Assembly (NCBI GenBank): GCA_964494895.1
Contig: CAZBTV010000006.1
Span: forward strand, 12,043 to 76,042
Source: an uncultured Steroidobacteraceae bacterium
Lineage (GTDB): Bacteria > Pseudomonadota > Gammaproteobacteria > Steroidobacterales > Steroidobacteraceae
DNA: 64,000 nucleotides
Reading direction: 5' to 3'
Shown: piece by piece, positions 9,615-18,562 of the stretch
Layout: each line of letters begins with the position of its first letter
How positions within the stretch are numbered: the stretch's first letter is position 1
Notes under the pieces: generated by a model
Seen by the model: the letters and a program-made list of their open reading frames with translations, nothing else
What the model was told of the DNA's origin: nothing
The model's database searches: none
Program-made: the position numbers and the translations under genes

Positions 9615-10721
9615 ATGATCGTACTCACACTCAACAGCGGCAGTACTTCGATCAAGCTCGCCGCTTATGACACTGCGATGAAGGACGCGCCGGCACGCCT
9701 CGCAAGCGAGCATCACTCCGGCGTCGCACGGGCGACGCGTGCGTTGCTGACTGACTTCTTGCGGAAGCTTGCCTCGCCACCAGAGATCGTGGCTCACCGT
9801 GTGGTCCACGGAGGAACGAAGTTCACTCGCGCGACACGCATAGATGACACGGTCGTCGCAGAGATCAGCAAGCTGTCGGAGCTTGCACCGCTTCACAATC
9901 CGATCGCGCTCGAATGGATTGATGTTGCACGGCAGGTCTGCACCGACGACCACACCGCGCATGTCGCGGTCTTCGATACTGCGTTCTTTGCGCACTTGCC
10001 TCGGCGAGCCGCTGAGTATGCCTTGCCGGCACGAATCGGAACCGAGCACGGTGTCCGGCGCTATGGGTTCCATGGTCTCGCGCACGAGGCGATGTGGCGC
10101 CGTTGGTGTCAGTTATACCCCGACCTCCCCGGTGGAGGACGGCTCATCACCGTGCAACTCGGTGGTGGTTGCTCGATCACGGCTCACGAGAACGGCCACC
10201 CTGTCGATAACTCGATGGGCTTCTCGCCCCTGGAGGGCTTGGTGATGGCCACGAGGTCGGGCGACGTCGACCCTTCCATCCTGCCTTATCTGGAAAAGCG
10301 CTTGTCACTCACGAGCGAGCAGCTCATCGAGCTGCTGAATCGTGAGTCTGGCCTGGCGGGCGTGTCGGGCGTGAGCCCCAATCCAGGCGAGTTGCTGACA
10401 AACTCCGCCGCGCAAGCGCAGTTCGCCGTGGAGCTGTATTGCTACCGGGTACGAAAGTACATCGGTGCGTATTGCGCGGTGCTGGGCGGCTGCGACGGGA
10501 TCGTCTTCGGCGGTGGAGTTGGGGAGCATCTGCCGGAAATCCGCGAGCGTGCGCTGAGCGCAATGACCTGGGCGGGCATCGAGCTGGATACAACAGCCAA
10601 CCGGGCGGCTCGCGGACCGGAGGCAGCCATCCATTCGGCCGGCAGCAAAGTACGAGTACACGTGGTACCCGTAGACGAGGAGCAGATCATGGTGCGAGCC
10701 GCCGCCGACGCCCTGATCTGA
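9615..10721 (+). CDS. ackA: acetate kinase
   Basis: ATG 9615. [19 protein letters not shown]...VHGG...LAPLHNP...[10 protein letters not shown]...GGGVGEH. Divergent from xfp. Confidence 0.88.
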   Translation: MIVLTLNSGSTSIKLAAYDTAMKDAPARLASEHHSGVARATRALLTDFLRKLASPPEIVAHRVVHGGTKFTRATRIDDTVVAEISKLSELAPLHNPIALEWIDVARQVCTDDHTAHVAVFDTAFFAHLPRRAAEYALPARIGTEHGVRRYGFHGLAHEAMWRRWCQLYPDLPGGGRLITVQLGGGCSITAHENGHPVDNSMGFSPLEGLVMATRSGDVDPSILPYLEKRLSLTSEQLIELLNRESGLAGVSGVSPNPGELLTNSAAQAQFAVELYCYRVRKYIGAYCAVLGGCDGIVFGGGVGEHLPEIRERALSAMTWAGIELDTTANRAARGPEAAIHSAGSKVRVHVVPVDEEQIMVRAAADALI

Positions 10722-11001
10722 CTGCTTCGGATCGCCGGCGGGCGTGTATCGAGGCGCCAGACCACGGCCGGCGCCGAGCCTTGTGGCTAATGCGGATTGT
10801 GCAGCAGCCAGCGCCGTGAGGTGATAGGGCTGGGTCGTGGCCCAGCTCGGCACGAAGCCCCGACGTGACCCTTGCGGGCACGCCGATTGCCACCATCATG
10901 TGCACGAGGGCGGTCGGACTCGAGCCGGACCTTCGCTGGGTACACAAAAATTGTTAGGGATTTCAGTAAGATTCCGTCGAATTACAATTCAGGAGCATCG
11001 C

Positions 11002-11301
11002 ATGACACAATTTTTCGATCTAGGGAAACTGGCGGACGATTTGCACTCATTGGTCAGCGATGCCGAAGCGCTACTCCGGGCCAGCGCCAACCAGGCCGGC
11101 GAAAAGGCCAGCGAGGCCCGCGAAAAGGCCGAGGAATCGCTGCAAGCCCTCCGCGACCGCGTCTCGGATATGCAGAGCGCGGTGAAGGGTGGCGCAAGGC
11201 AGTTCGACAGCTACGTACGCGACAATCCGTGGCAGGCGCTGGCGATTGCCGGCGGCGTTGCGCTGCTGGTCGGCATTCTGATGGGCCGTAACAACAAATA
11301 G
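11002..11301 (+). CDS. ElaB/YqjD/DUF883 family membrane-anchored ribosome-binding protein
   Basis: AGGAG RBS at 10991-10995, ATG at 11002. LADDLHSLVSDAEALLRAS...YVRDNPWQALAIAGGVALLVGILMGRN is the typical C-terminal anchor. Confidence 0.8.
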   Translation: MTQFFDLGKLADDLHSLVSDAEALLRASANQAGEKASEAREKAEESLQALRDRVSDMQSAVKGGARQFDSYVRDNPWQALAIAGGVALLVGILMGRNNK

Positions 11302-11316
11302 CGGACGAGAACAATA

Positions 11317-11727
11317 GTGGACGAGCGCGCACCAGCGACAGACACCGAAGCGATGGAGGGCGGATCGCACGTTGGTGCGCTCCGCGGCTTGCTCGCCGCC
11401 GGATTGGATGCTCTGAAAACGCGGTTGGACCTGGCCGCGGTCGAAGTGGAGCTCTACCTCCTGCGCGTCGTGCGGATGCTACTCTGGGCCGCGGCTGCCG
11501 TCGCCTGCGCCTTGTTTGCGCTCGTCTTCGGACTCGTGAGCATGGTAGTTGCGTTGTGGGACACACATCGGATGTTGGCGTTGCTAAGCGGCACCGGCCT
11601 GTTTGTCGTTCTCGCTATCGTCTTCGCGGCGCTCAGTACGCGCGCCCTGCGGAGCCGCTCCTCCTTGCTGGACGGCACGCTCCAGCAGCTCGAGCAGGAT
11701 GAACGTAGCGCCAAGGGGATACCATGA
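11317..11727 (+). CDS. YqjE-like (phage-holin-family/DUF1469) membrane protein
   Basis: GTG start. Two hydrophobic helices (LLWAAAAVACALFALVFGLV, LLSGTGLFVVLAIVFAAL). Follows the elaB-like gene as in the E. coli yqjD-yqjE-yqjK order. Confidence 0.65.
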   Translation: MDERAPATDTEAMEGGSHVGALRGLLAAGLDALKTRLDLAAVEVELYLLRVVRMLLWAAAAVACALFALVFGLVSMVVALWDTHRMLALLSGTGLFVVLAIVFAALSTRALRSRSSLLDGTLQQLEQDERSAKGIP

Positions 11728-12047
11728 GCCGCAGAGCGGAGTTGGAAGAGCGTCGGCGCGCATTGCTCATCCGCTGCGACGAGCAGCGGGGTGAGCTGGC
11801 TTATCGTCTGGAGCAGCTTCGGCCTTCCACGCAGGTTGCCCAGTGGACCCAGCAGGCGCCAGCCATGGCGGCGAACAATCCCCTGGCGTGGATAGCGGCC
11901 CTGGTGGGACTCATTGTTTTATTGCGGCCGAAGAGACTGCTGTCGTGGGTGACGTTCGCCACGGGCGCGATGTCGCTCGTCTCGCGCGCGACCGCGCTGT
12001 TGAAGTTGTTTACGACCCTGCGATCATTGCGCTCGGGTTTCCGTTAG
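11724..12047 (+). CDS. YqjK-like protein
   Basis: ATGA overlap with the previous gene. RRAELEERRRALLIRCDEQRGELAYRLEQLRP plus one C-terminal TM segment. Confidence 0.6.
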   Translation: MSRRAELEERRRALLIRCDEQRGELAYRLEQLRPSTQVAQWTQQAPAMAANNPLAWIAALVGLIVLLRPKRLLSWVTFATGAMSLVSRATALLKLFTTLRSLRSGFR

Positions 12048-12048
12048 C

Positions 12049-13311
12049 TTATCGGTCGCGCGGGGTGACTGCCGCCGTCGGCGGCTGAGGCGCGGGTGCC
12101 ACAGGAAGAGCACGGGCGGCTGGTATGGGAGCGGTCGCCGGTTTTGGCTCGGCGGGGTCCTTGGAATCCTGCGCCTGATGATCCTGGGGCCGCGAGGTCT
12201 CCTCACCGGCGGCTGATTGCGTGGGCTTCTGCGATCCGTCTACGTCGGGTGCGGGTGCGGTCTCTCGGGGTGTCGATTCCTGGCGGGCTGCTGCGGGGGT
12301 TGCCGTTTCGGACGAGCTCCCGGCTTCGATCGCTGCCGCTGCCGCGGCAGGGTCCATGTCGGCCTGCAAGCCTACGACGGTTGGAATGCCGTTGGCCGCT
12401 TGCAACGTCTGGCGCGCAAAGTCCCAGTGTATGGCCGCTGTCGTATTCCCCAAAGCCTGATCGAGCTTTTGTGACAACAACTCCATATCGGGCTCGGCAG
12501 TATTCTGACCCTCATCGTCCACCGGCGGATGCGCTTCCAACAACAGCTCACCATCCACGAAAGCGACTTTGACCGGCTCGTTGATGAGCCAGACCTTCGT
12601 CCCGACCGGGATGAGGGGAAACAAGGCGGCAACATCTTCCGGGTACATGCGGACGCAACCGTGTGTGATAGCCATCCCGACGGCCATTGGATTGTTCGTC
12701 CCGTGAATGAGGTAGGTGCCGTTTCCGGCTGCCAGTCGCATTGCATAGTCGCCCAGGGGGTTGTCAGGTCCGGGCTTGACGATCGGCGGGAGCGGATCAT
12801 GGTTGGCCAGATGCTCCTTGCGCACACTCTCGGGCGGATACCAGATCGGATGCTTTTCCTTCTGGATCACGCGCGTCTCCCCGATCGGCGTCTTCCAGTC
12901 CATCTTGCCGATGCTCACCGGGTATGTAATGACGACCTGTTTCTCACCTCTTTTCGGCTTCGGGTAGTAATACAACCGGTGCTCGGGAAGATTGACGACG
13001 ATTCCTTCACGCGGGCCCGGAGGCAGGATGCGTCGCCCGGGCAGCATGACGTCGGTGCCCTCACCAGGCAGCCACATATCGACACCGGGGTTGGCGCGGA
13101 TGATCTCGTAGTACCCGAGGCTGTTCCGGCGCGCGATGTCCAGCAGGGTGTCCTTGTACACCGTCTTGATATGGGAATCGGTGCCCACTACCGAGGAGCC
13201 ATCGGCCGGGATCTCGTACACCGTCGCCTGACTGGCGGTGGCGAACAGGGTCAAGAACAGCAGCGGAAGAAGCGGTGCGCGCATCATGCAGTTTCTACCA
13301 AAGATGTGCAT
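12049..13311 (-). CDS. L,D-transpeptidase (YkuD domain) with a long Pro/Ala/Glu-rich C-terminal tail
   Basis: Signal peptide MMRAPLLPLLFLTLFATASQA (the true start may be 13287). YkuD catalytic motif YLIHGTNNPMAVGMAITHGCVRMYPEDV. Confidence 0.85.
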   Translation of the reverse strand: MHIFGRNCMMRAPLLPLLFLTLFATASQATVYEIPADGSSVVGTDSHIKTVYKDTLLDIARRNSLGYYEIIRANPGVDMWLPGEGTDVMLPGRRILPPGPREGIVVNLPEHRLYYYPKPKRGEKQVVITYPVSIGKMDWKTPIGETRVIQKEKHPIWYPPESVRKEHLANHDPLPPIVKPGPDNPLGDYAMRLAAGNGTYLIHGTNNPMAVGMAITHGCVRMYPEDVAALFPLIPVGTKVWLINEPVKVAFVDGELLLEAHPPVDDEGQNTAEPDMELLSQKLDQALGNTTAAIHWDFARQTLQAANGIPTVVGLQADMDPAAAAAAIEAGSSSETATPAAARQESTPRETAPAPDVDGSQKPTQSAAGEETSRPQDHQAQDSKDPAEPKPATAPIPAARALPVAPAPQPPTAAVTPRDR

Positions 13312-13478
13312 CGTCTTGATTTTTAAGCTCTCGGCAGTTCCAGCAGCCGTTTAACCCCCTATTGTAGACAAAACCGCGGGACGAACGTTCGCCAATCCGG
13401 GTACTTGGCTTGCTGTAACCCTCTCAACGAGCTTCAACTCGATCTCAATCTTGTTTCAATCAACTCGAGAGGTCACTC

Positions 13479-13805
13479 ATGCGCGCTTTCAGCAAGTTTT
13501 CGGCGGCGGCAGCGGTTGCTCTGCTCGCCACTACGGGATGCAGGGTAATGCATCACGAAGAGTCCGCGGGGCAGTACGTCGACGATACGACGCTGAGCGC
13601 GCGGGCCAAAGCCGCCTTGATCAAGGACAACAACGTCAAGTCGAGCGACTTCAGCATCGAGGTCTACCAGGGGAATGTCACCCTGACCGGTGTAGCCCAG
13701 TCTCCGGCCGAAGCCAAGCAAGCGGAAGAGGACATTCGCGCCATCGACGGGGTGAAGAGCGTGAAGAACGATGTGCATGTCGCCGATACGGCGGTTTCGA
13801 AGTAG
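13479..13805 (+). CDS. BON-domain lipoprotein (OsmY-like)
   Basis: Lipobox LLATTGC. BON pattern: DDTTLSARAKAALIKDNNVKSSDFSIEVYQGNVTLTGVAQSPAEAKQAEEDIRAIDGVKSVKNDV. Confidence 0.8.
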   Translation: MRAFSKFSAAAAVALLATTGCRVMHHEESAGQYVDDTTLSARAKAALIKDNNVKSSDFSIEVYQGNVTLTGVAQSPAEAKQAEEDIRAIDGVKSVKNDVHVADTAVSK

Positions 13806-13858
13806 GTCGACCCCGTGATCCTTATCCGACGTAGCTCCTTGGGGTACGATGCGGGCTC

Positions 13859-14461
13859 GTGAACCGAGCCCGCAAGCTTCCCCGCGATTTCTACGCCCCA
13901 GACACGCTCGTCATCGCTCGTGACCTCATCGGCATGCACCTCGTCCACAACGACGAGGGCACGCTGCGTGTAGGCCGTATCGTCGAGACCGAGGCCTATA
14001 TGGGGCCTGAGGATCTGGCCGCACACTCTTCCCGAGGTCGAACCGCACGCACCGAGGTGATGTTCGGCGAGCCGGGGCACGCCTACATCTATTTCATTTA
14101 TGGATTCTGGTACTGCCTGAACGTGGTGACCGCGGCGGCCGGTGTACCACATGCAGTCTTGTTGCGAGCCCTCGAGCCCATCTCGGGCATCACCGACAAG
14201 ACGTGGGGTCCGGGCTTACTCTGCCGTGCGATGAATATCGACCGGCGGCTGAATGGAATCGATCTGCTCGGAGACGTTCTGTGGCTGGAACGTCCAGCCG
14301 GACATCCCCCCCGTCCGCGGATCACGAGGACAACGCGCATCGGGGTGGATTACGCCGGGGATTGGGCGGAACGTCCGTGGCGCTTCCTTGACGCCGCCTC
14401 GCCGTACGTTTCCACCGTTTCGGCGCGAAAACGATCGCTGCTCCTGGCTCCTGCCAAGTAA
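13859..14461 (+). CDS. mpg: DNA-3-methyladenine glycosylase (Mpg/AAG family)
   Basis: GTG start. LPRDFYAPDTLVIARDLIG...RIVETEAYMGPEDLAAHS..GRTARTEVMFGEPGHAYIYFIYG. Confidence 0.85.
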   Translation: MNRARKLPRDFYAPDTLVIARDLIGMHLVHNDEGTLRVGRIVETEAYMGPEDLAAHSSRGRTARTEVMFGEPGHAYIYFIYGFWYCLNVVTAAAGVPHAVLLRALEPISGITDKTWGPGLLCRAMNIDRRLNGIDLLGDVLWLERPAGHPPRPRITRTTRIGVDYAGDWAERPWRFLDAASPYVSTVSARKRSLLLAPAK

Positions 14462-14470
14462 ACTCGCGGC

Positions 14471-15955
14471 ATGTTGAAAAAAATCTGTTGGCTGGCGCTG
14501 GCCGCGTTGGCGGCCGGCTGCGCGGCACATCCCGATAAGAGCGACAAAAGCGCGAAAGACACCGTGACCGCCGGAGGCACGAGCAGCACGGCCGTGACTA
14601 GCGCGCCCTCCGCCACAACGGATGCGGCGCTTATTTCCGCGCAGGCGTTTTATCCATCCACCTACAAAGTACCCGTCAGCCCCCCTACCCTGATCAAGCG
14701 GGCGACGGTGCTCACTGGGACCGGAGCTCGGCTCGACGGGGCGGACGTGCTGCTCGTGGACGGTAAGATCCAGGCGGTGGGCACGAGCCTCGAGGCTCCA
14801 GCTAACAGCAGGATCATCGATGGCAAGGGGCTGTGGGTGACCCCTGGCCTGATCGATGTGCACTCACACCTGGGCGTCTATCCGAGTCCGGGTGTGGAGG
14901 GCAACGACGACGGCAACGAGGCTACCTCGCCCAGCACTGCCAATGTCTGGGCGGAGCATTCCGTCTGGCCTCAGGACCCAGGCTTCCGGACGGCGCTTGC
15001 CGGCGGAATCACCTCACTGCAGATCCTGCCCGGCTCGGCCAACCTCGTCGGCGGACGCTCGGTCATCCTGAAGAACGTCCCCAGCGTCACCTATCAGGGC
15101 ATGAAATTTCCCGGCGCGCCACAAGGGCTGAAAATGGCCTGCGGTGAGAATCCGAAGCGGGTGTATGGCCGGGACAAACACGTCTTTCCCTCCACGCGCA
15201 TGGGCAACATGGCCGGCTACCGCGCCCAATGGGTCGAAGCCCAGGAGTACCTGCGTGACCTGCAGGAATACCAGCAAAAGCTCGCCAGCGGCGCGAAGGA
15301 CGCGAAGCCGCCGAAGCGCGATCTACGGCTCGATACGCTGGCCGCCGCGCTCAAGGGCGACATCATCGTTCACATGCATTGTTATCGAGCCGATGAGATG
15401 GCGACCGTGCTCGATATGTCGCGCGAGTTTGGCTATCACGTCGCGGCGTTCCATCATGCCGTCGAGGCCTACAAGATCGCCGACCTGCTTGCCGAGAATG
15501 GCGTGTGCGCAGCCATGTGGGCGGACTGGTGGGGCTTCAAAATGGAAGCCTATGACGGTATTCCGGAGAACATCGCATTCGTGGATGCCGCTCCCGGCGG
15601 CTGCGCCATCGTGCACTCCGATTCCGAAGAAGGCATTCAACGCCTCAACCAGGAAGCGGCCAAAGCCATGGCGTACGGCATCCGGGCGGGCTTCGATATT
15701 CCCCCGGAGCGCGCCATTCGGTGGCTCACGGCCAATCCGGCCAGAGTTCTTGGCATTGCCGATCGCACCGGCACGCTCGAGACCGGAAAGATGGCGGATG
15801 TCGTCGTGTGGGACCGCAATCCATTCAGTGTCTACGCTCACGCGAATCTCGTCTTCATCGATGGAGTCGTGCGTTACGATCGTCGCGATCCGACGGTTGC
15901 GCCGGAGTCGGATTTCCTCCTCGGACAGCCGGCCGCGGCGAAGGTGGACCGATGA
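14471..15955 (+). CDS. secreted/lipoprotein amidohydrolase (metal-dependent hydrolase superfamily)
   Basis: Lipobox LAAGCAAH. GLIDVHSHLG metal-binding motif and a C-terminal GTLETGKMADVVVWD motif. Confidence 0.8.
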   Translation: MLKKICWLALAALAAGCAAHPDKSDKSAKDTVTAGGTSSTAVTSAPSATTDAALISAQAFYPSTYKVPVSPPTLIKRATVLTGTGARLDGADVLLVDGKIQAVGTSLEAPANSRIIDGKGLWVTPGLIDVHSHLGVYPSPGVEGNDDGNEATSPSTANVWAEHSVWPQDPGFRTALAGGITSLQILPGSANLVGGRSVILKNVPSVTYQGMKFPGAPQGLKMACGENPKRVYGRDKHVFPSTRMGNMAGYRAQWVEAQEYLRDLQEYQQKLASGAKDAKPPKRDLRLDTLAAALKGDIIVHMHCYRADEMATVLDMSREFGYHVAAFHHAVEAYKIADLLAENGVCAAMWADWWGFKMEAYDGIPENIAFVDAAPGGCAIVHSDSEEGIQRLNQEAAKAMAYGIRAGFDIPPERAIRWLTANPARVLGIADRTGTLETGKMADVVVWDRNPFSVYAHANLVFIDGVVRYDRRDPTVAPESDFLLGQPAAAKVDR

Positions 15956-17268
15956 GAATCCGGTCGGGTGTGCTCGCCTTCGCCATGATCATAGCGATGT
16001 TGTTCACTCAGGCGACGGCACTGGCCGCCGAGGTGAAACCGTCGGCGCGAGACCCGAGCCTCCGGCGCCCGGTGTTGATTCATGACGCGACCATTCATAC
16101 GGCGACCACCGCGGGCACTCTCGAGCATTCAGACCTTCTCATCCGCGGTGGCAGGATCGAGGCGGTTGGTAAGGCGCTCAGCGCTCCAGCGGGCGCGGAG
16201 GTCATCGAGGCCGGAGGCCGGCCCGTCACACCAGGCCTGTTTGGAGGGCTCGGCCGCCCCGGCGTCGAGGAGATCGGCGAGGAGCCGACCGTCGACGATT
16301 ACTCGCTGAAGCTCGGTAGCATGCGGCCGGAGTTCGACGTCAGTGCCGCATTCAATCCGGAGTCAGCGGTGTTGGGTGTCAACCGACTTGGCGGTATCAC
16401 CTTTGCCATGCTCGCGCCGAGCGCGGAACCCGGCGGCAAGGGGCTGGGCGGCACCATCATCGCCGGACAGGGATCGATCGCCCGCTTGAACGGCGCCCTC
16501 GTTCCGACGGCGCGCGCCTTGTTCATCGACGTCGGTGGCGACGCCAGCGCGCTCTCCGGTGGGAGCCGGGCCGCACAGTTCATGTTGCTCCAGCAGGCGC
16601 TCACTGAGATGCGCTCACCCGGCTCGATTCTCCCCGGCGATATGCGCCTGCTCACACCTGGCGGCCGCCAGGCGCTGAAGGCCTATGTTGGTGGTGGCGG
16701 GCTCCTCGTATTCGACGCTGATCGTGCTTCTGACATTCGACAGGTCATTGCTTTTGCGCAGCGGGAGAAGGCTCGCGTGGCCATCAAGGGAGGCACCGAA
16801 GCCTGGCGGATCGGCGCCGAGCTCGCAGCTGCGAAAGTCCCGGTCATTCTGAATCCACTCGACGATCTTCCCGCGACGTTCGACGCTGTCGGGGCGACCC
16901 TGGAGAATGCGGCTCGGCTGAATGAGGCCGGCGTGAAGATCGTCTTCAGCCTCGATGATCCGGAGCCGCATAACATGCGCAAGCTCCGACAAGCCGCAGG
17001 CGTCGCGGTCGCTCATGGCCTGCCTTGGGATGTGGCCTTGGCGGCCATCACCCGCAATCCTGCCGAGATATTCGGCGTTGGGGCGGCCAACGGCTCGCTC
17101 GAGCGTGGACGCCCCGCGGACCTCGTTCTCTGGAGCGGTGATCCCCTCGATGTAACCACGTTGGCTGAGCGCGTTTTCATCCAAGGTGAGTCACAGCCGA
17201 TGCAATCACGGCAGACGGAGCTGCGAGATCGCTATCTGCGGAAATTGCGAGCTAACGCCGCGCGGTAG
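15952..17268 (+). CDS. secreted amidohydrolase family protein (paralogue partner)
   Basis: ATG 15952 overlaps the previous stop (ATGA). Signal peptide MRIRSGVLAFAMIIAMLFTQATALA. C-terminal GSLERGRPADLVLWSGDPLD. The upstream 77 codons of the track ORF overlap the previous gene and were rejected. Confidence 0.75.
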   Translation: MRIRSGVLAFAMIIAMLFTQATALAAEVKPSARDPSLRRPVLIHDATIHTATTAGTLEHSDLLIRGGRIEAVGKALSAPAGAEVIEAGGRPVTPGLFGGLGRPGVEEIGEEPTVDDYSLKLGSMRPEFDVSAAFNPESAVLGVNRLGGITFAMLAPSAEPGGKGLGGTIIAGQGSIARLNGALVPTARALFIDVGGDASALSGGSRAAQFMLLQQALTEMRSPGSILPGDMRLLTPGGRQALKAYVGGGGLLVFDADRASDIRQVIAFAQREKARVAIKGGTEAWRIGAELAAAKVPVILNPLDDLPATFDAVGATLENAARLNEAGVKIVFSLDDPEPHNMRKLRQAAGVAVAHGLPWDVALAAITRNPAEIFGVGAANGSLERGRPADLVLWSGDPLDVTTLAERVFIQGESQPMQSRQTELRDRYLRKLRANAAR

Positions 17269-17463
17269 CAGCGTGTCCTGAGCAATGATTGCGGCCACGC
17301 GGCGCAGCGGCGTCGCGGTCAAGGGACACTTGTCATAGTCACTCTGGCGCATATCCACCGCCTTCGGTGGGTGTTTCGCACTCGATGCGAAACCATTGCC
17401 GAGGTCAGGCGTCCAAAGCACGGTACCGACGAGCAGCCGGTCACGTTGAGGAAAAGAGCGAAC

Positions 17464-18102
17464 ATGTTCATTCGAAGCACTCTTCTAGCCCTTGCTCTGA
17501 TGATATCGGCGCTCCCCTCGCGCGCCGCTGGGCTCGTTGAAGGCACCGACTATCGGACTCTGGACCCACCTCAGCATACCGAGGCGAAGGGCAAGATCGA
17601 GGTCATCGAGTTCTTCTCGTGGGGTTGTCCGCACTGCGATGAGTTCTATCCTACGGTCAGTGCCTGGGCAGCCAACCTCCCCAAAGACGTGGTCTTCAAG
17701 CACGTCGCGTGCGGCATGGGACGTACTGCCTGGACGAATCTCGCGAAGGCGTATTACGCGCTCGAGTCGACCGGGGACGTTGGGCGGCTCGATGGGCAGA
17801 TTTTTCACGCTATCCACGAAGAGCACCTGCCATTGTTCGATGAGAAGTCCATTACCGACTGGGTGGGCAAGCACGGCGTCAATGCAGCGAAATTCGTCAC
17901 CGACTTCAACTCATTCGGCGTGAATACCAAGCTCAACCAGGCAGAGCAGATGGTCGAAACCTACAAGATCGAGGGCGTCCCCACACTGGCGGTGGACGGG
18001 AAGTACGTCGCTCTCGGCAACAGCTTCGAGAAGATCATAACCAACACCGACGCGCTCATCGCCAAGGTGCGCGCCGAGCGAGCGGCGGCCGCGCGCAAGT
18101 AG
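17464..18102 (+). CDS. dsbA: thiol:disulfide interchange protein DsbA
   Basis: ATG 17464. Signal peptide, FFSWGCPHCDEF active site (CPHC), GVPTLAVDGKY. Confidence 0.9.
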   Translation: MFIRSTLLALALMISALPSRAAGLVEGTDYRTLDPPQHTEAKGKIEVIEFFSWGCPHCDEFYPTVSAWAANLPKDVVFKHVACGMGRTAWTNLAKAYYALESTGDVGRLDGQIFHAIHEEHLPLFDEKSITDWVGKHGVNAAKFVTDFNSFGVNTKLNQAEQMVETYKIEGVPTLAVDGKYVALGNSFEKIITNTDALIAKVRAERAAAARK

Positions 18103-18143
18103 TCAGAGCCGAGTGTTGAGCACGGGCTCCAACACGGCCCGTC

Positions 18144-18410
18144 TCAAGCGTAGTGCCAGTACGCCTGGGTCACGCACGGTAACTCGCCGAGTTTGGCGGC
18201 GATGAGCGAAAGGCGGGATTCCTCCAGGCCAGCCACGTCGAGCTGGATTGTCAGCAAATCGGTGGTGGTGAATTCGGCGATCACACGCCGGGGCAGGACG
18301 CCCAGATTCTGGAAGCGCTCGAGGACGCGCATCAGGGCGCCGGCATCCGCCTCGGCGACTACCCTAAGACGCAGCAGTGAAAATGATTCGACATTACCCA
18401 TGACATCCAA
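18144..18410 (-). CDS. small hypothetical protein, ACT-like beta-alpha-beta-beta-alpha-beta pattern (88 aa)
   Basis: FSLLRLRVVAEADAGALMRVLERFQNLGVLPRRVIAEF..LLTIQLDVAGLEESRLSLIAAKLGELPCV. The pattern of alternating strands and helices resembles ACT/IlvM-type small regulatory subunits. This is a tentative fold guess only. Confidence 0.4.
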   Translation of the reverse strand: MDVMGNVESFSLLRLRVVAEADAGALMRVLERFQNLGVLPRRVIAEFTTTDLLTIQLDVAGLEESRLSLIAAKLGELPCVTQAYWHYA

Positions 18411-18562
18411 CCCATCAGCTCGTTCTCAGCACGAATACCCACAGTGACCGTCGCCTTCGCGATAGTCGGCCTGGTAATTCGTCCGAGAGCGAGCCGCATG
18501 GGATGGGTCATGGGTTTCCAGCTACCTTTCAACCCTCAGCATTACCCGAACACGGCGCGCTG

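Noticed and set aside
9480-10085. N-terminal extensions of track ORFs: xfp to 10085, the DUF62 gene to 4586, mdtB to 59629, amidohydrolase-2 from 15721, dsbA from 17371, glgX to 50817, the elaB-like gene from 10837.
   Set aside because: Family homology and signal peptides start at internal ATGs, often with an RBS. The extensions overlap neighbouring genes or are low-complexity.
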